DNA of 64,000 bases from Gammaproteobacteria bacterium UBA3067. Lineage in GTDB: Bacteria; Pseudomonadota; Gammaproteobacteria; Pseudomonadales; UBA3067. Where the stretch lies: NCBI GenBank assembly GCA_002366835.1, contig DFBZ01000038.1, positions 12,689 through 76,688 on the forward strand, in the 5' to 3' direction. Within the stretch, counting starts at the first letter, position 1. Each line of letters starts with the position of its first letter. The notes beneath the pieces were generated by a model, which was not told where the DNA came from, searched no databases, and saw only the letters and a program-made list of their open reading frames with translations. The translations under genes and the position numbers were made by a program. Shown piece after piece: positions 1-9,945 of this stretch.

Positions 1-903
1 ATGGAACAAGAAATGTTCCGATTTGCAAAGTCAGAAGATGTCTATGAGCGAGCATTAGGCAGAAGGATTAGGGAAGTACGTGAATACCTGCGCTCGGAAG
101 TGCGTGACTATGTGGAAAAACAATTCCTCGTAGTGGCTGATGCGGAAGGCAAAGAGCTTAAAGATGAAATTACTCGCCATATCAAGTTGACGAATATTGA
201 GCTGCGTGGTTTTTCTAACATCAAACAAGTCGTTCATAAAATGGCGAAACGACTTATTTCTATGCACTCGCGTCGAAAAAGAGTCAAAAATCGCGGTGTT
301 ATTGATATTCGAAAAACCCTAAGAAAAAATACAGCAAATGATGGTGTGCTGTTTGATCTGCACTGGAAAAGCACCAAAATTGACAGACCGAAAGTGATGG
401 TGGTTTGTGATGTAAGTGGCTCTGTGCGAGAAGTGTCGCGTTTCCTGTTAATGTTTATTTACAGCATTACGGAAATTCTTCCCAACGTGAGGGCGTTTGC
501 CTTTTCTGGGCGGCTGTTTGAAGTCACTCACATTTTTAAAGAAAAAACTCTGGAAAGTTCCGTAGAGCAGACTCTCGATGACTGTGGTTTTGGCTCTACT
601 GATTACGGGCAGTCATTACAGGATTTTAAAGATATTTGTTTCGATGAGATCGATAATCGCACCACCATTATGATTCTCGGAGATGCACGAAATAACAATA
701 ATCCAAATCAAGAAAAAATTCTTGAAGAATTATATAATCGTGCCCGTCAGGTTATCTGGTTAAACCCGGAAGATAAAAGCCACTGGCGTTCTGGTGATTC
801 TGAAATGCGTAATTACGCAGTTTATTGTCACATGGTGGAGGTGTGTAATAGTCTTGCTCATCTTGAGCGCATCGTAAACCGTTTGTTACTTCGAGCAGGT
901 TAA
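1..903 (+). CDS. VWA domain-containing protein, CoxE-like; probably 5'-truncated by the window edge
   Basis: The ORF is open from base 1. It carries a MIDAS-like motif VMVVCDVSGSV followed by the GSTDYG and ILGDARNN motifs typical of CoxE/VWA proteins, which usually partner MoxR ATPases. Family members are usually about 100 aa longer at the N-terminus. Confidence 0.7.
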   Translation: MEQEMFRFAKSEDVYERALGRRIREVREYLRSEVRDYVEKQFLVVADAEGKELKDEITRHIKLTNIELRGFSNIKQVVHKMAKRLISMHSRRKRVKNRGVIDIRKTLRKNTANDGVLFDLHWKSTKIDRPKVMVVCDVSGSVREVSRFLLMFIYSITEILPNVRAFAFSGRLFEVTHIFKEKTLESSVEQTLDDCGFGSTDYGQSLQDFKDICFDEIDNRTTIMILGDARNNNNPNQEKILEELYNRARQVIWLNPEDKSHWRSGDSEMRNYAVYCHMVEVCNSLAHLERIVNRLLLRAG

Positions 904-910
904 GTAATCA

Positions 911-1648
911 ATGACAGTTGCGATTATTGGAGGAACAGGCCTCTGTGAGCTGGATGACTTTGTATTAAAAGAGTCTCTTGATATAACCACGCCCTTTGGC
1001 GAAACCTCCGCCCCAATTCTGGCAGGGCTTGTGGCAGGAAGGCCCATTTGTTTTCTTGCGCGACATGGCAAGCCGCATAGTATCCCCCCTCATCGCATCA
1101 ATTACCGAGCTAATATATGGGCTTTAAATAGTATCGGTATAAACAGAATTATTGCTGTCAACGCAGTGGGTGGTATTGCCGAATCTATGGGGCCAGCCCA
1201 TATAAATATCCCTGATCAAATCATTGATTACACCACCCGCCGAGTGGGTAGTTTTTGTGATGATGATAAGGAAATGCCAACCCATATAGACTTTAGTTTT
1301 CCTTTTGACGAAAAACTCAGAAAAATACTCATAACTAAATCCGAAGCACTTTCTTTAGATTACTCCGCAGGCGGCGTATACGGGTGCACAGAAGGACCTC
1401 GTCTCGAAACGGCGGCGGAAATAAATCGTCTTGAAAACGACGGCTGTCATATTGTTGGAATGACGGCTATGCCCGAAGCTGCGCTCGCGAGAGAAAAGGG
1501 GATTGCTTATGCCTCAATTTCGTTGGTGGTAAATAAGGCGGCGGGGAAAAGTGAAACAATTATAACGATGGGTGACATCGAAGAGGCATTAAAAAGTGGT
1601 ATAGCCAGCGTATATAAGCTGTTGAGAGAAGTGCTTCCTGATTTGTAA
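911..1648 (+). CDS. mtnP: S-methyl-5'-thioadenosine/thioinosine phosphorylase (MTAP family purine nucleoside phosphorylase)
   Basis: 245 aa. It has an N-terminal IIGGTGL motif, then ARHGKPHSIPPHRINYRANIWAL, then EGPRLETAAE and GMTAMPEAALARE, all typical of MTAP/MtiP. It starts 8 nt after the upstream stop. Confidence 0.8.
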   Translation: MTVAIIGGTGLCELDDFVLKESLDITTPFGETSAPILAGLVAGRPICFLARHGKPHSIPPHRINYRANIWALNSIGINRIIAVNAVGGIAESMGPAHINIPDQIIDYTTRRVGSFCDDDKEMPTHIDFSFPFDEKLRKILITKSEALSLDYSAGGVYGCTEGPRLETAAEINRLENDGCHIVGMTAMPEAALAREKGIAYASISLVVNKAAGKSETIITMGDIEEALKSGIASVYKLLREVLPDL

Positions 1649-1672
1649 AAGCCTTTCTATTTCTCGGTTCAT

Positions 1673-1710
1673 AAAAAAGCCCGCTTATCGATGATAAGCG
1701 GGCTTTTTTT
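1673..1710. terminator. Bidirectional rho-independent terminator between convergent genes
   Basis: A perfect 12-bp stem (AGCCCGCTTATC / GATAAGCGGGCT) with a 3-nt loop is flanked by an A-run upstream and a T7 run downstream. It lies between the mtnP stop (1648) and the stop of the minus-strand ORF (1724). Confidence 0.85.
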
Positions 1711-1723
1711 ATTGCCTTAGGTA

Positions 1724-3019
1724 TTAGTGAACAATAACTTTGGCAGGGTTCATTATTTGCTGCGCTGCTTTTTCAGGGTTATTCCCCTGCCACAAGTCAG
1801 GTGCAAAATATAAGTTGAAGTTTAAGATTCCTTCACTACCAAAAGGGATGTCGGTTATTGATGGCCCTAATTCTGAGTTGCTGCCTTTGTAACGCTCGGG
1901 TTTATTTGCCTTATCTCCAGCATTCTCGTCGGCATAAACGGCACTAAGGGTCGGGTCAAAACCTTCGTTTCTAAAGAAGAAGAAAAACATATCCCAGTTT
2001 TTACCTGAGCTAATAGCGATCCACGGATTATCTAGATCGGTTGTGTACTTCTCTCTTTGTTTTTCAGCTTCTTTGCTACCAGTAATCATGGGCTCTTTGG
2101 GGCCCAATGCTGTGCGGTAGCGACTGCCTTCAAAATCAACATAATCGAGGGTAACGTCAATGCTTAGGGCGCTTAGTGCTTTACCTGCTGAAGGAAAGAA
2201 AACAAATAGAGGGTACTCAATTGTCTGTGCGGTGAAAGTAGTGGTTAATCCACCTTGTGCCAAATTAATTCCGAGTATGGCGATCGTAGCATCCGCTTCA
2301 ACAATGGCTCTAACCGGGCCGTTTTTTACTGCAAGTGTATTAACTGGCACGATAGCGTTGTGCAGTGTTGCTTTGATAAAACCAAGCTTGGCTTTAATAC
2401 GTACCTTCATGGTGTCTAGAACATTGGGTGCGGAAGGCGTTCCTTCGAACCCTTTGATTATCCAGTCTTCCCACACGAGGATGTGCTCAGGGTCAACTTG
2501 TAGAGTGTAGGATTCAGCGTCTACTAGTCCAGTTTCAAAGTTGTAGTGAGCATAATGTTTGTCACTTCGTTGGCTATTACCCTCTACAACATATGCGTAG
2601 CGTTGAATGCCGTCTTCAGAAATTTCTAGCTCTGAAATGATGCTCCCTTCAATACCTTGAAGCTGCTCTTGGGTCGCTTTTGGCCCCATATCCTTGTACA
2701 TGAATGCTAGCTGGTCATTTTCTTCGAAAATGCCTACTTGGCCTTGGACAGAAATTTTGCCGCCAGGTACGTGAACGAGGCCTTTAATGTTTAGATCATC
2801 AAATTGAAATGGGATAGCAGTGAGCTTGTTGTCACTAATCGCCATAACTGAATAGGGTTCGGCTGATTTATTGAGCAGTTTTGGCAGCTCTTTGCCCGTT
2901 ACAATGGTTATTTCCAGATTTCTTGCGGGGCTCATTTGGCTGGTGTCATTCGCAAATAATGAAGTGCTTAAAAGCGAAAAGACAAAAGCAACATATAGCT
3001 TTTTTAGAGTTAGAGGCAT
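1724..3019 (-). CDS. Hypothetical exported protein (431 aa)
   Basis: A long ORF with an N-terminal signal-like segment (KKLYVAFVFSLLSTSLFA/ND). I recognise no family. It lies 149 bp downstream of the MerC-like gene on the same strand. Confidence 0.6.
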   Translation of the reverse strand: MPLTLKKLYVAFVFSLLSTSLFANDTSQMSPARNLEITIVTGKELPKLLNKSAEPYSVMAISDNKLTAIPFQFDDLNIKGLVHVPGGKISVQGQVGIFEENDQLAFMYKDMGPKATQEQLQGIEGSIISELEISEDGIQRYAYVVEGNSQRSDKHYAHYNFETGLVDAESYTLQVDPEHILVWEDWIIKGFEGTPSAPNVLDTMKVRIKAKLGFIKATLHNAIVPVNTLAVKNGPVRAIVEADATIAILGINLAQGGLTTTFTAQTIEYPLFVFFPSAGKALSALSIDVTLDYVDFEGSRYRTALGPKEPMITGSKEAEKQREKYTTDLDNPWIAISSGKNWDMFFFFFRNEGFDPTLSAVYADENAGDKANKPERYKGSNSELGPSITDIPFGSEGILNFNLYFAPDLWQGNNPEKAAQQIMNPAKVIVH

Positions 3020-3168
3020 GCGCCACTCCTTGAGTGTTTTTGAGGTTTCTAATTGTTGTTTAGCGGTCGCAGATTAAAACAAAATCTACTGGGTAATTCA
3101 AGGTGAAGACACAGGGCACGTGCGGTCTATGCGGGCAGGCAGGTGATATAGCTTGCTTACCTAGAGGG

Positions 3169-3900
3169 CTAAAGTTGCTTCTTTTTCGTGATTCGCAAGG
3201 CCCTGCAGCCAGGGCAGTCCCGAAATTCCAAGTGACTACTATCAACGAAATGCCATATAACAGCGGCAATATATAAGAATAGCCCTCCGTACTCCATGGC
3301 AGGTTCGCGGGAGATGACTTTACTACTTAATATTAAAAGCGCAGCGCAAACTGCCAGTAAGAAGGGTTGGTAACTACCTTTTAAAATTGAGCGGTATATA
3401 AACGATACTAGGGATAATCCGAGCGTAATCAGAATAACGGGAAACAGGTAGGCCGTAAAATTTCGAATGCCAAGCATATCGATGTTGCTGTACCCTTCTT
3501 CGTGGCTGTAACCCGGCCAGCAAATGGGGCAGTCTAAAGAGGGGATAAGCATCAGTATAAAAAAAGGAATGGTGGCCACTACAAATAAATACCGCCCTCG
3601 TTTACTTGGTCTAAAACTTAGCCAAGTGTTTCGTTCTTGGAAAGCTGTTTCCAATAAATCTGGAGAGGGTGTTGTAATGTGACTCGGCTGCCCACCTTTG
3701 GGAGGCTGTAGTGGTGCGCCGTTTATAAAAACCGTAAGAGGAGGGTAGCCCTTAATGTAATAGGGTGAGCTTTTATCCTTAGGCGACCACTCATGCCAGT
3801 GCGGCGGCAGCCCAAGGCGCGTATACGCAGCAATCAGGCTTGCACGCAGAGATTGAAGTTGGATTTGATCGTTGCCGTAAATCACATCTACTCTGATCAT
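3169..3900 (-). CDS. Membrane protein: Cys-less glutaredoxin-like N-domain fused to a MerC-like 4-TM domain (paralog 1)
   Basis: 243 aa. The N-domain has the LPPHWHEW and LTVFINGAPL motifs. The membrane domain has DCPICWPGY, MEYGGLFLYIAAVIWHFVD and a C-terminal DCPGCRAL motif. As I recall it, this layout parallels Tn21 MerC (CxxC at TM1, YxGLxLxIxxxIWxFV, C-terminal Cys pair). The paralog is at 27510..28259. Confidence 0.55.
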   Translation of the reverse strand: MIRVDVIYGNDQIQLQSLRASLIAAYTRLGLPPHWHEWSPKDKSSPYYIKGYPPLTVFINGAPLQPPKGGQPSHITTPSPDLLETAFQERNTWLSFRPSKRGRYLFVVATIPFFILMLIPSLDCPICWPGYSHEEGYSNIDMLGIRNFTAYLFPVILITLGLSLVSFIYRSILKGSYQPFLLAVCAALLILSSKVISREPAMEYGGLFLYIAAVIWHFVDSSHLEFRDCPGCRALRITKKKQL

Positions 3901-4087
3901 TGAGAATGCCCTATGAGGTCGAAGTACGATTCAAGGGTTCGACTTCACCAGAAATGGCACTTTAGTGCAATGACATGTGGCACGGCTTATAGTAACTTGT
4001 CTCCTATCCTATAGGGCAAGCAGTGGCCAGTCGGTCGATTGCCAACCTGCAATTGCGTGTTTTGATTAAGGAAGAATGTAAACAGCT

Positions 4088-4597
4088 ATGGTGACATTTA
4101 CGCTTAACGGAGAGCAGGTTGCGCTTCAGATTGACCCTGAAACCCCCCTTTTGTGGGCGCTAAGGGAGCAGTTAAAAAGCACCGGCACCAAATTTGGGTG
4201 TGGGAAGGGTTTATGTGGTGCATGTACTGTCCATATCAACGGGAGTGCAATGCGCTCATGTATTACCCCCGTAAGTAGCATAAACGGAATGGCCGTTACC
4301 ACCATTGAAGGCCTTTCGGAATCAAACTCTAACCCGCTTCAACAGGCATGGATTGCCGAAAACGTTCCCCAGTGCGGATACTGCCAGTCTGGTCAGATTA
4401 TGTCTGCTGCTGCACTGCTTATGAAAAACCCTAACCCCGATGATGAAGAAATTAACCGCGCCATGTCTGGCAATTTATGCCGCTGTGGCACTTATCCGCG
4501 TATTCGGCGCGCCATTCATCGAGCCGCGAAGAATGCGGCATCTCTTGAGTCGGCTCAAAATGTACGCGCAGATTCCCACGGGAAAATGACGCCATGA
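4088..4597 (+). CDS. (2Fe-2S)-binding small subunit of a molybdopterin oxidoreductase (IorA / aldehyde oxidoreductase gamma-like)
   Basis: 169 aa with [12 protein letters not shown] and [10 protein letters not shown]...NLCRCGTY, the two [2Fe-2S] cysteine clusters of the xanthine-dehydrogenase-family small subunits. Its stop overlaps the next gene's start in an ATGA overlap. Confidence 0.85.
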   Translation: MVTFTLNGEQVALQIDPETPLLWALREQLKSTGTKFGCGKGLCGACTVHINGSAMRSCITPVSSINGMAVTTIEGLSESNSNPLQQAWIAENVPQCGYCQSGQIMSAAALLMKNPNPDDEEINRAMSGNLCRCGTYPRIRRAIHRAAKNAASLESAQNVRADSHGKMTP

Positions 4598-6816
4598 GCT
4601 TAAACAGACGGGACTTTTTGAAAGTTGGGGCGGCCAGTGGTGGGGGTTTGTTGTTATCGGTCGCCCTTTCGGGTTGTGAAAGCGCTCCCGAGGATGACAA
4701 AAGCTGGGCAGGGGATGACTTTATACCAGCGGCTTGGATACGGATATCTTCTGATAATGCGATTACTTTCTACATTGATCGCTCCGAGATGGGCCAAGGT
4801 GTGAGCACCTCGCTGCCAATGCTACTGGCAGAAGAGCTTGATGTTGTTCTTGAAACGGTTAACGTGGAATTTGCTCCTGCCCATCCTCGTTTCGACTCAC
4901 CTCGTCTTTTTATGATGATGACGGGTGGCAGTACGAGCATTGCTGAAAGCTTTTTACCTATGCGGCGTGCCGGTGCCACCGCACGGCTTCTTTTAATAAA
5001 CGCTGCGGCGCAACGCTGGGGCCTAGATTCTTCAGCGTGTACTACAAACAAGGGCAGGGTAATGCACCCTGATGGTCAGCAATCCTTTCATTATGGTGAA
5101 CTCGCTAGCCTGGCAAGTACGCTGAGTGTTGATGAAAACAAGGTGAAGCTTAAACTACCATCAGAATACCATTATATCGGCAAGCCCATCCCAAGGCTGG
5201 ATAACGAAATCAAGGTGAACGGTCGAGCAGGTTTTGGTATTGACCAGGATCTTCCTGGTTTATTAGTAGGCGTCGTTATTCGCTCCCCCTGGTTCGGCGG
5301 ATTTGTAAGTAGTTATGACGCCGAAAATGCCAAAGTCATGGGCGGTGTTCAGGGTGTTGTTCCTATTTCTTCAGGCATTGCTGTTGTTGCAGATTCCTAT
5401 TGGCAAGCACGTGAGGCCACAAAATCAGTAATAATAGAGTGGGACAAAGCTAGCTTCTCGGGAGCCAACGAGGGGGATCTCCGCGCAGAAATGCAGGCGC
5501 TGGCGGGTGAAAAGGGCAGTAAGTTGCTCGATATTGGCGATTTCGAAGGCTCTTTTTCTAGCGCCGATAAGACCCTTGCGGCGAGTTATCGGGTGCCGTA
5601 TTTGGCCCATGCCACGATGGAGCCTATGAACTGTACCGCTCGTGTGCAAAAAGACCACTGTGATATCTGGGTGCCTACACAAGCACAAAGCAGTGCGCAG
5701 GCCCTTGCTGCCGGAATCTGCGGCTTTAAACTTGAGCAGGTCGCTGTGCATACCACCTTTTTGGGGGGAGGGTTCGGAAGGCGCGCGAAGCAAGACTTTG
5801 TGGTGGAGGCAGTTGAAACCTCTAAGGCCCTTGGCAAACCGGTAAAAATCATCTGGTCGCGCGAAGACGATATGCAGCATGATTACTATCGGCCACCTGC
5901 TGTCAGTGTCCTGAAGGCGGGCTTGGACTCGAATGGCTTCCCTCAGGCTTGGTTTCATAAAATGGTTAATACCTCTGTGGTTGCCGACTCGCTGGAAGGA
6001 GGCTTACTCGCAGGCATGTTCCCTGGATGGGTGCCGTATAGCTTAAAAGATCTGGGGGGTGACCTTGGTGCGAAACTGGTTCGCAATACCAATGAGCCCA
6101 TTTCCACAGAAGGTGGCGTGGATATTCCTTATTCTATTCCTCATCAGCGGGTAGAAAGAGTGAAGTTTAACTTCCCAGTGCCATTAGGGTTCTGGCGTTC
6201 GGTGGGTCACTCTCATACCGCTTTTATGATTGAAAGTTTTATTGATGAACTGGCTCACTTGGCTGAGCAGGATCCCTTTCAATACCGATTGAGACTTTTA
6301 AAAAATAAGCCTCGGCATAGCGCTGTACTGGAGAGAGCTGCTGCACTGGCTGGTTGGGGTGCTCAGGTTCCGGCAGGTCGAGCCAGGGGAGTCGCTCAGC
6401 ACTCCTCCTTTGGAAGCTATGTGGCCCAAGTGGCGGAGGTGTCGGTGGATAAAAGCGGGGGCTTACGTGTTCATAAGGTGGCGTGCGCAATAGATTGTGG
6501 TCAGGTAGTTAACCCCGATATCGTAGTGGCCCAAATGGAAAGCGCTATCATATTTGGTTTAACCGCTGCCCTGAAGGGGGAAATTACCATTGAAAACGGA
6601 GGGGTAAAGCAGTCCAATTTTCATGACTACCCTCTGTTGCGTATCGATGAAGTGCCTGAAATAGAGGTGTCCATCATCGATAGCACAGAAATGCCGTCTG
6701 GTGCGGGTGAGCCCGGCACCCCGCCTATTGCACCGGCTGTTGCCAATGCTTTCTTCGCCTTGAGCGGCAAGCGGGTACGGGAGTTGCCTCTGTCCAGCGA
6801 GGTCTTAGGTAGCTAA
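4594..6816 (+). CDS. Molybdopterin-dependent oxidoreductase large subunit (IorB-like), with a Tat signal and lipobox
   Basis: 740 aa. It has an N-terminal twin-arginine motif ([12 protein letters not shown]) followed by LSGC. IorB/aldehyde-oxidase-like motifs are present, including EMGQG, GGGFGRR and [15 protein letters not shown]. Confidence 0.8.
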   Translation: MSLNRRDFLKVGAASGGGLLLSVALSGCESAPEDDKSWAGDDFIPAAWIRISSDNAITFYIDRSEMGQGVSTSLPMLLAEELDVVLETVNVEFAPAHPRFDSPRLFMMMTGGSTSIAESFLPMRRAGATARLLLINAAAQRWGLDSSACTTNKGRVMHPDGQQSFHYGELASLASTLSVDENKVKLKLPSEYHYIGKPIPRLDNEIKVNGRAGFGIDQDLPGLLVGVVIRSPWFGGFVSSYDAENAKVMGGVQGVVPISSGIAVVADSYWQAREATKSVIIEWDKASFSGANEGDLRAEMQALAGEKGSKLLDIGDFEGSFSSADKTLAASYRVPYLAHATMEPMNCTARVQKDHCDIWVPTQAQSSAQALAAGICGFKLEQVAVHTTFLGGGFGRRAKQDFVVEAVETSKALGKPVKIIWSREDDMQHDYYRPPAVSVLKAGLDSNGFPQAWFHKMVNTSVVADSLEGGLLAGMFPGWVPYSLKDLGGDLGAKLVRNTNEPISTEGGVDIPYSIPHQRVERVKFNFPVPLGFWRSVGHSHTAFMIESFIDELAHLAEQDPFQYRLRLLKNKPRHSAVLERAAALAGWGAQVPAGRARGVAQHSSFGSYVAQVAEVSVDKSGGLRVHKVACAIDCGQVVNPDIVVAQMESAIIFGLTAALKGEITIENGGVKQSNFHDYPLLRIDEVPEIEVSIIDSTEMPSGAGEPGTPPIAPAVANAFFALSGKRVRELPLSSEVLGS

Positions 6817-7028
6817 AGAATCTACTGTGCATCATTTCTTTGGCCATAAAATTACCAGCGCATTCATCCTCGACTAATCCTTAATCAGCGAAACTAAGCT
6901 GGATCACGGCTTGTCGAGATTCCCCGTAACCATGTATGCGACCCCTCTGGCTAAGTAAACAAATGTCCTCTTGAACATAATTTGAACTCGTGTAAGCTGC
7001 TGGTTGAAATATAACCAGATTTCGGTCT

Positions 7029-8015
7029 ATGAAGGAACTCTCTGTTATGAATTATTTTAAAGAAGTTGTGCTTTCCACTGCATTGATATCTCTTGCAGCT
7101 TGCGGGGGTGGAGACGGCGATAATAAGGTAACTTTTGGTCAGAGCGGTGATCTCCAACTCAGTATTACCGATGCTCCGGTAGATATGGCAGAGCAGGTCA
7201 ATATCACTTTCGAAAAAGTAACAGTAAAACCCCTTGATGGCCGCCCGAAAGAACTCGAAGACCTGAAGATAACGACTATTAACCTTCTTGATTACACAGG
7301 TGGTGAGAGTGAGTTGCTGCTTGATACTTCGGATGAAGGACCAGATGCTACTCCCTTGCCAGCAGGCGAGTATGAGTGGATGCGTTTTCATATAAGCGAA
7401 GCAAACATCGTCATTGATGGTCAACAGTATGAGTTAGACGTACCAAGCGGCGATACTTCTGGACTAAAAGTTAATACCCCCTTTTCAATCCCTGCGAACG
7501 ACATTGGTTTCTTTACTATCGATTTTGATTTAAGGCATTCGGTTATCGGCCCTTTCGACTTAAAAGTGGGAGGTGTTGGAACGGGTGAGCAATACTACAA
7601 ACTGAAGCCCGTATTGCGACTGGTTGAGAATAATGACGTAGGCAAGGTAACGGGTACCGCAGACAGCACGCTACTCGCTACTTGCAGTACAGAAGAAGAT
7701 TTACCCGCAGCGGTTTATCTTTTTGAGGGCGAGCTGGAAGAAGAAGAGCTTGATGATGTTGATCATGAGGTAGCAGACGAAGACCGTCAGGTAGCTGATT
7801 TGATAGATCCATTTATGTCGGTTTCACTTTCTTATCATGCTGGTGATGCGGCATTCAGCTTTGGCTTTGTGCCTGCAGGAACCTACAGCATTGTGCTTGC
7901 TTGCGGGGAAGATAATGCCGATAAAGATGAAGATGAACTCGAGTATGAAGGCTTACAAGAAATAGTCGTCACAGCCGGTGAAATAACCGAAGTTACCCTA
8001 ATAGATGAGTCATAA
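7029..8015 (+). CDS. DUF4382-like lipoprotein with an acidic insert
   Basis: 328 aa with a signal and lipobox (LISLAAC/GGG). The LSITDAPVD motif is typical of DUF4382. An acidic EELEEEELDDVDHEVADED stretch is present. The start may instead be the ATG at 7047. Confidence 0.6.
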   Translation: MKELSVMNYFKEVVLSTALISLAACGGGDGDNKVTFGQSGDLQLSITDAPVDMAEQVNITFEKVTVKPLDGRPKELEDLKITTINLLDYTGGESELLLDTSDEGPDATPLPAGEYEWMRFHISEANIVIDGQQYELDVPSGDTSGLKVNTPFSIPANDIGFFTIDFDLRHSVIGPFDLKVGGVGTGEQYYKLKPVLRLVENNDVGKVTGTADSTLLATCSTEEDLPAAVYLFEGELEEEELDDVDHEVADEDRQVADLIDPFMSVSLSYHAGDAAFSFGFVPAGTYSIVLACGEDNADKDEDELEYEGLQEIVVTAGEITEVTLIDES

Positions 8016-8046
8016 CACTCAGATCTAGTTGGTATATATTGACTAA

Positions 8047-8082
8047 GCGGCCTTTGATAAAATATCAAGGGCCGCTTTTTTT
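8047..8082 (+). terminator. Rho-independent terminator after the DUF4382 gene
   Basis: Stem GCGGCCTTTGATA / TATCAAGGGCCGC (one G-U pair) followed by a T7 run. Confidence 0.8.
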
Positions 8083-8232
8083 ATGTTGAGGTTTGTGCAG
8101 GAGAGACGGCTTTCAGAGTGTAAGGTGATGAGAGAGTAGCTTCGCGTCTCCCCTCACTGGAGTTTCTAGGAAACCATAGTTGGGGCACCAAATGAGAAGG
8201 GTGCTTATAATACTGCTAATTAGCACACTGCA

Positions 8233-8808
8233 TTAGAACTGGTATCTGGCCCCAAGGCTGTAATGGGAAAGACGAAACTCATCGTCATAAGGGCGCCCGT
8301 ATTCCGCAAAAAATATAAGCTGTTTCATAAGTTTGAAGTGCTCCTCCAGGCCCACACCCCAAGCGACCGAATCAAAACTCTCTTCTACTGTTACTCCGCC
8401 CATTTCGGTTTCGGATAGGTCTAGCGTGTTGAAACCCCCAAATAAGTAAACCCGAATACCCTGTTGAATGGGCGATTGAAAGCGTACAAATAGCCCCGTT
8501 TGGGAGCCTAATTCGATCTCACTACCATCACTGATGGTGTCGGACTCAAGACCACTACTGTAGGTGGCCTCTAGTGCGACATTGGTAAGAAAAAAAACAC
8601 CGACACGCAACTTGGCGCTTATTGGGTTGTATTCAATTTCACCGCTTTTAATGGTGTTATAAACACCATCTACGCCAATGTATACGGTTTTTGGGGGAGC
8701 AAAAGACAACTCGTAGGCAAATGAGTTGGCTGAGAAGCTGGGTAGTGAGGTGGCAAAAAGTAGGAGGAATAAGGGGGCTGTAAAATATGTTTTCAATGAG
8801 AGGTCCAC
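8233..8808 (-). CDS. Small outer-membrane beta-barrel protein
   Basis: 191 aa with a signal peptide (LFLLLFATSLPSFSA), alternating hydrophobic beta-strand patterning and a C-terminal aromatic residue (ARYQF). Confidence 0.65.
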   Translation of the reverse strand: MDLSLKTYFTAPLFLLLFATSLPSFSANSFAYELSFAPPKTVYIGVDGVYNTIKSGEIEYNPISAKLRVGVFFLTNVALEATYSSGLESDTISDGSEIELGSQTGLFVRFQSPIQQGIRVYLFGGFNTLDLSETEMGGVTVEESFDSVAWGVGLEEHFKLMKQLIFFAEYGRPYDDEFRLSHYSLGARYQF

Positions 8809-9047
8809 TTAAAATACGGGTTGCTAGGGAAGAATCGGAGAGGTTTTACTATTAACCGATTGCAAACCTAGGCATCGGGGTGTCTTAAATAGTAGCTGCA
8901 ATAATTAAGTCTATAGCCGAATTACTTCCAGTTCAAAGCCAATCTGCCTGTATTTTGGTGTTTTATGACCGGCCTCAAATTGGAAGTGGGTGTTGTTGGT
9001 AAGCATTGATAGCTGTATTACATAATTTGCGCGGTCTCGTCGTTCAC

Positions 9048-9458
9048 TTATAGAAGCCGTTTGAGGTGAGGGTAAGCGATAAAACTGCCGCCCCAATACA
9101 ACAATATGCCGAATAAGTCTGCGCCCATATCGGCAAATGAAAAAGAGCGATAAGGAAGCTGCCACTGGACTATTTCAATCAATAAGCCGTAAGCAAGGAT
9201 TGTAATGGTGACCCATTTGACCCGCCCAGGGAGTTGTCGGTCTGTGGACATGTCTGCGAGAAAAGTAAGCACCACGAATGCGAAAATGTGGTTCATTTTA
9301 TCGTTTGAATGACTCACGACGGGGATATTTGTAGAAGTAGTGGCCAAAAAGAATACGCTCACTACACAAATAAGTAACAACAGGCGAAAAAAGTTTTTTG
9401 AATTCAAAGTAGTGTTTTTGTGCTTCTGGCGGAAGGGATTATTATATCGAGATAACAA
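9048..9458 (-). CDS. VanZ-like family membrane protein
   Basis: 136 aa with four hydrophobic segments and the VanZ-type motif IEIVQ...RSFSFADMGADLFG. Confidence 0.6.
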   Translation of the reverse strand: MLSRYNNPFRQKHKNTTLNSKNFFRLLLLICVVSVFFLATTSTNIPVVSHSNDKMNHIFAFVVLTFLADMSTDRQLPGRVKWVTITILAYGLLIEIVQWQLPYRSFSFADMGADLFGILLYWGGSFIAYPHLKRLL

Positions 9459-9534
9459 TGAGCAAATTATAGAGATTAATGTAGCGGCATAGGGCTGAAC
9501 GCGCCAACTCTATGCCTATTCAAATGATAAAAAC

Positions 9535-9903
9535 TCAGGGCTGGCCTTTTCTCAGGGGGTTGCAGTCTTTGATAATGACTTTTCCCTCAAGCAGGTTCCC
9601 TTTGGAATATTCGTTAAATACACAGGTATTGTTTTTGGGATTGTAGTTTTCTATCCATAAGTTATCTTCTTTCCACGTGGCTTGCATATGGAGCTGCCCC
9701 TTGGGCACAGAGATATGCATGGTGCCACCCCAGTGTTTTACAAATACCTGCTGCAGATTAAAGTAATAAAGCAGAGATCCGGCTCCCAACAATATCAAGC
9801 CTGCGGTCCCGGCAACTTTCCAGTTCTTGGTTTGTTTGCTTAACAATAAAAAAGTGCCAAAGCTGAGAGCGATAACAAGTGCCCAATAAAGATATGTGAT
9901 CAT
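9535..9903 (-). CDS. Hypothetical membrane-anchored protein (122 aa)
   Basis: Two N-terminal hydrophobic helices and then a small soluble domain. I recognise no family. Its start lies 43 bp from MITE copy 1. Confidence 0.5.
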   Translation of the reverse strand: MITYLYWALVIALSFGTFLLLSKQTKNWKVAGTAGLILLGAGSLLYYFNLQQVFVKHWGGTMHISVPKGQLHMQATWKEDNLWIENYNPKNNTCVFNEYSKGNLLEGKVIIKDCNPLRKGQP

Positions 9904-9945
9904 TTGTATTCAACCTTCCATCTGTTAGTGTCTTGATTTTATATA

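Noticed and set aside
3060-3269. 69-aa minus-strand ORF between the MerC-like gene and the exported-protein gene
   Set aside because: It overlaps the 3' end of the MerC-like CDS by 100 nt in another frame and has no recognisable features. It is likely spurious.
3951-3995. Two TGGCAC motifs upstream of the iorA-like gene, which resemble the -24 element of sigma-54 promoters
   Set aside because: In the first (TGGCACTTTAGTGCA) the GG-to-GC spacing is 11 nt instead of the required 12. The second has no GC element at the correct distance. I cannot support an RpoN promoter.
5425-5958. 177-aa minus-strand ORF, plus other antisense ORFs inside long genes (for example 24598..25041, 26465..26842, 29907..30296, 33699..34217, 57965..58378)
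   Set aside because: All lie fully inside genes with strong family motifs on the opposite strand, and they show Arg/Ser/Pro-rich shadow-frame composition.
6951-7424. 157-aa minus-strand ORF
   Set aside because: It is antisense to the DUF4382 lipoprotein gene, which has a clear signal, lipobox and terminator. It is a shadow ORF.
8911-9165. 84-aa minus-strand ORF overlapping the VanZ-like gene 3' end
   Set aside because: It is a different frame of the same strand and overlaps a gene with a recognisable VanZ motif. It has no independent support.
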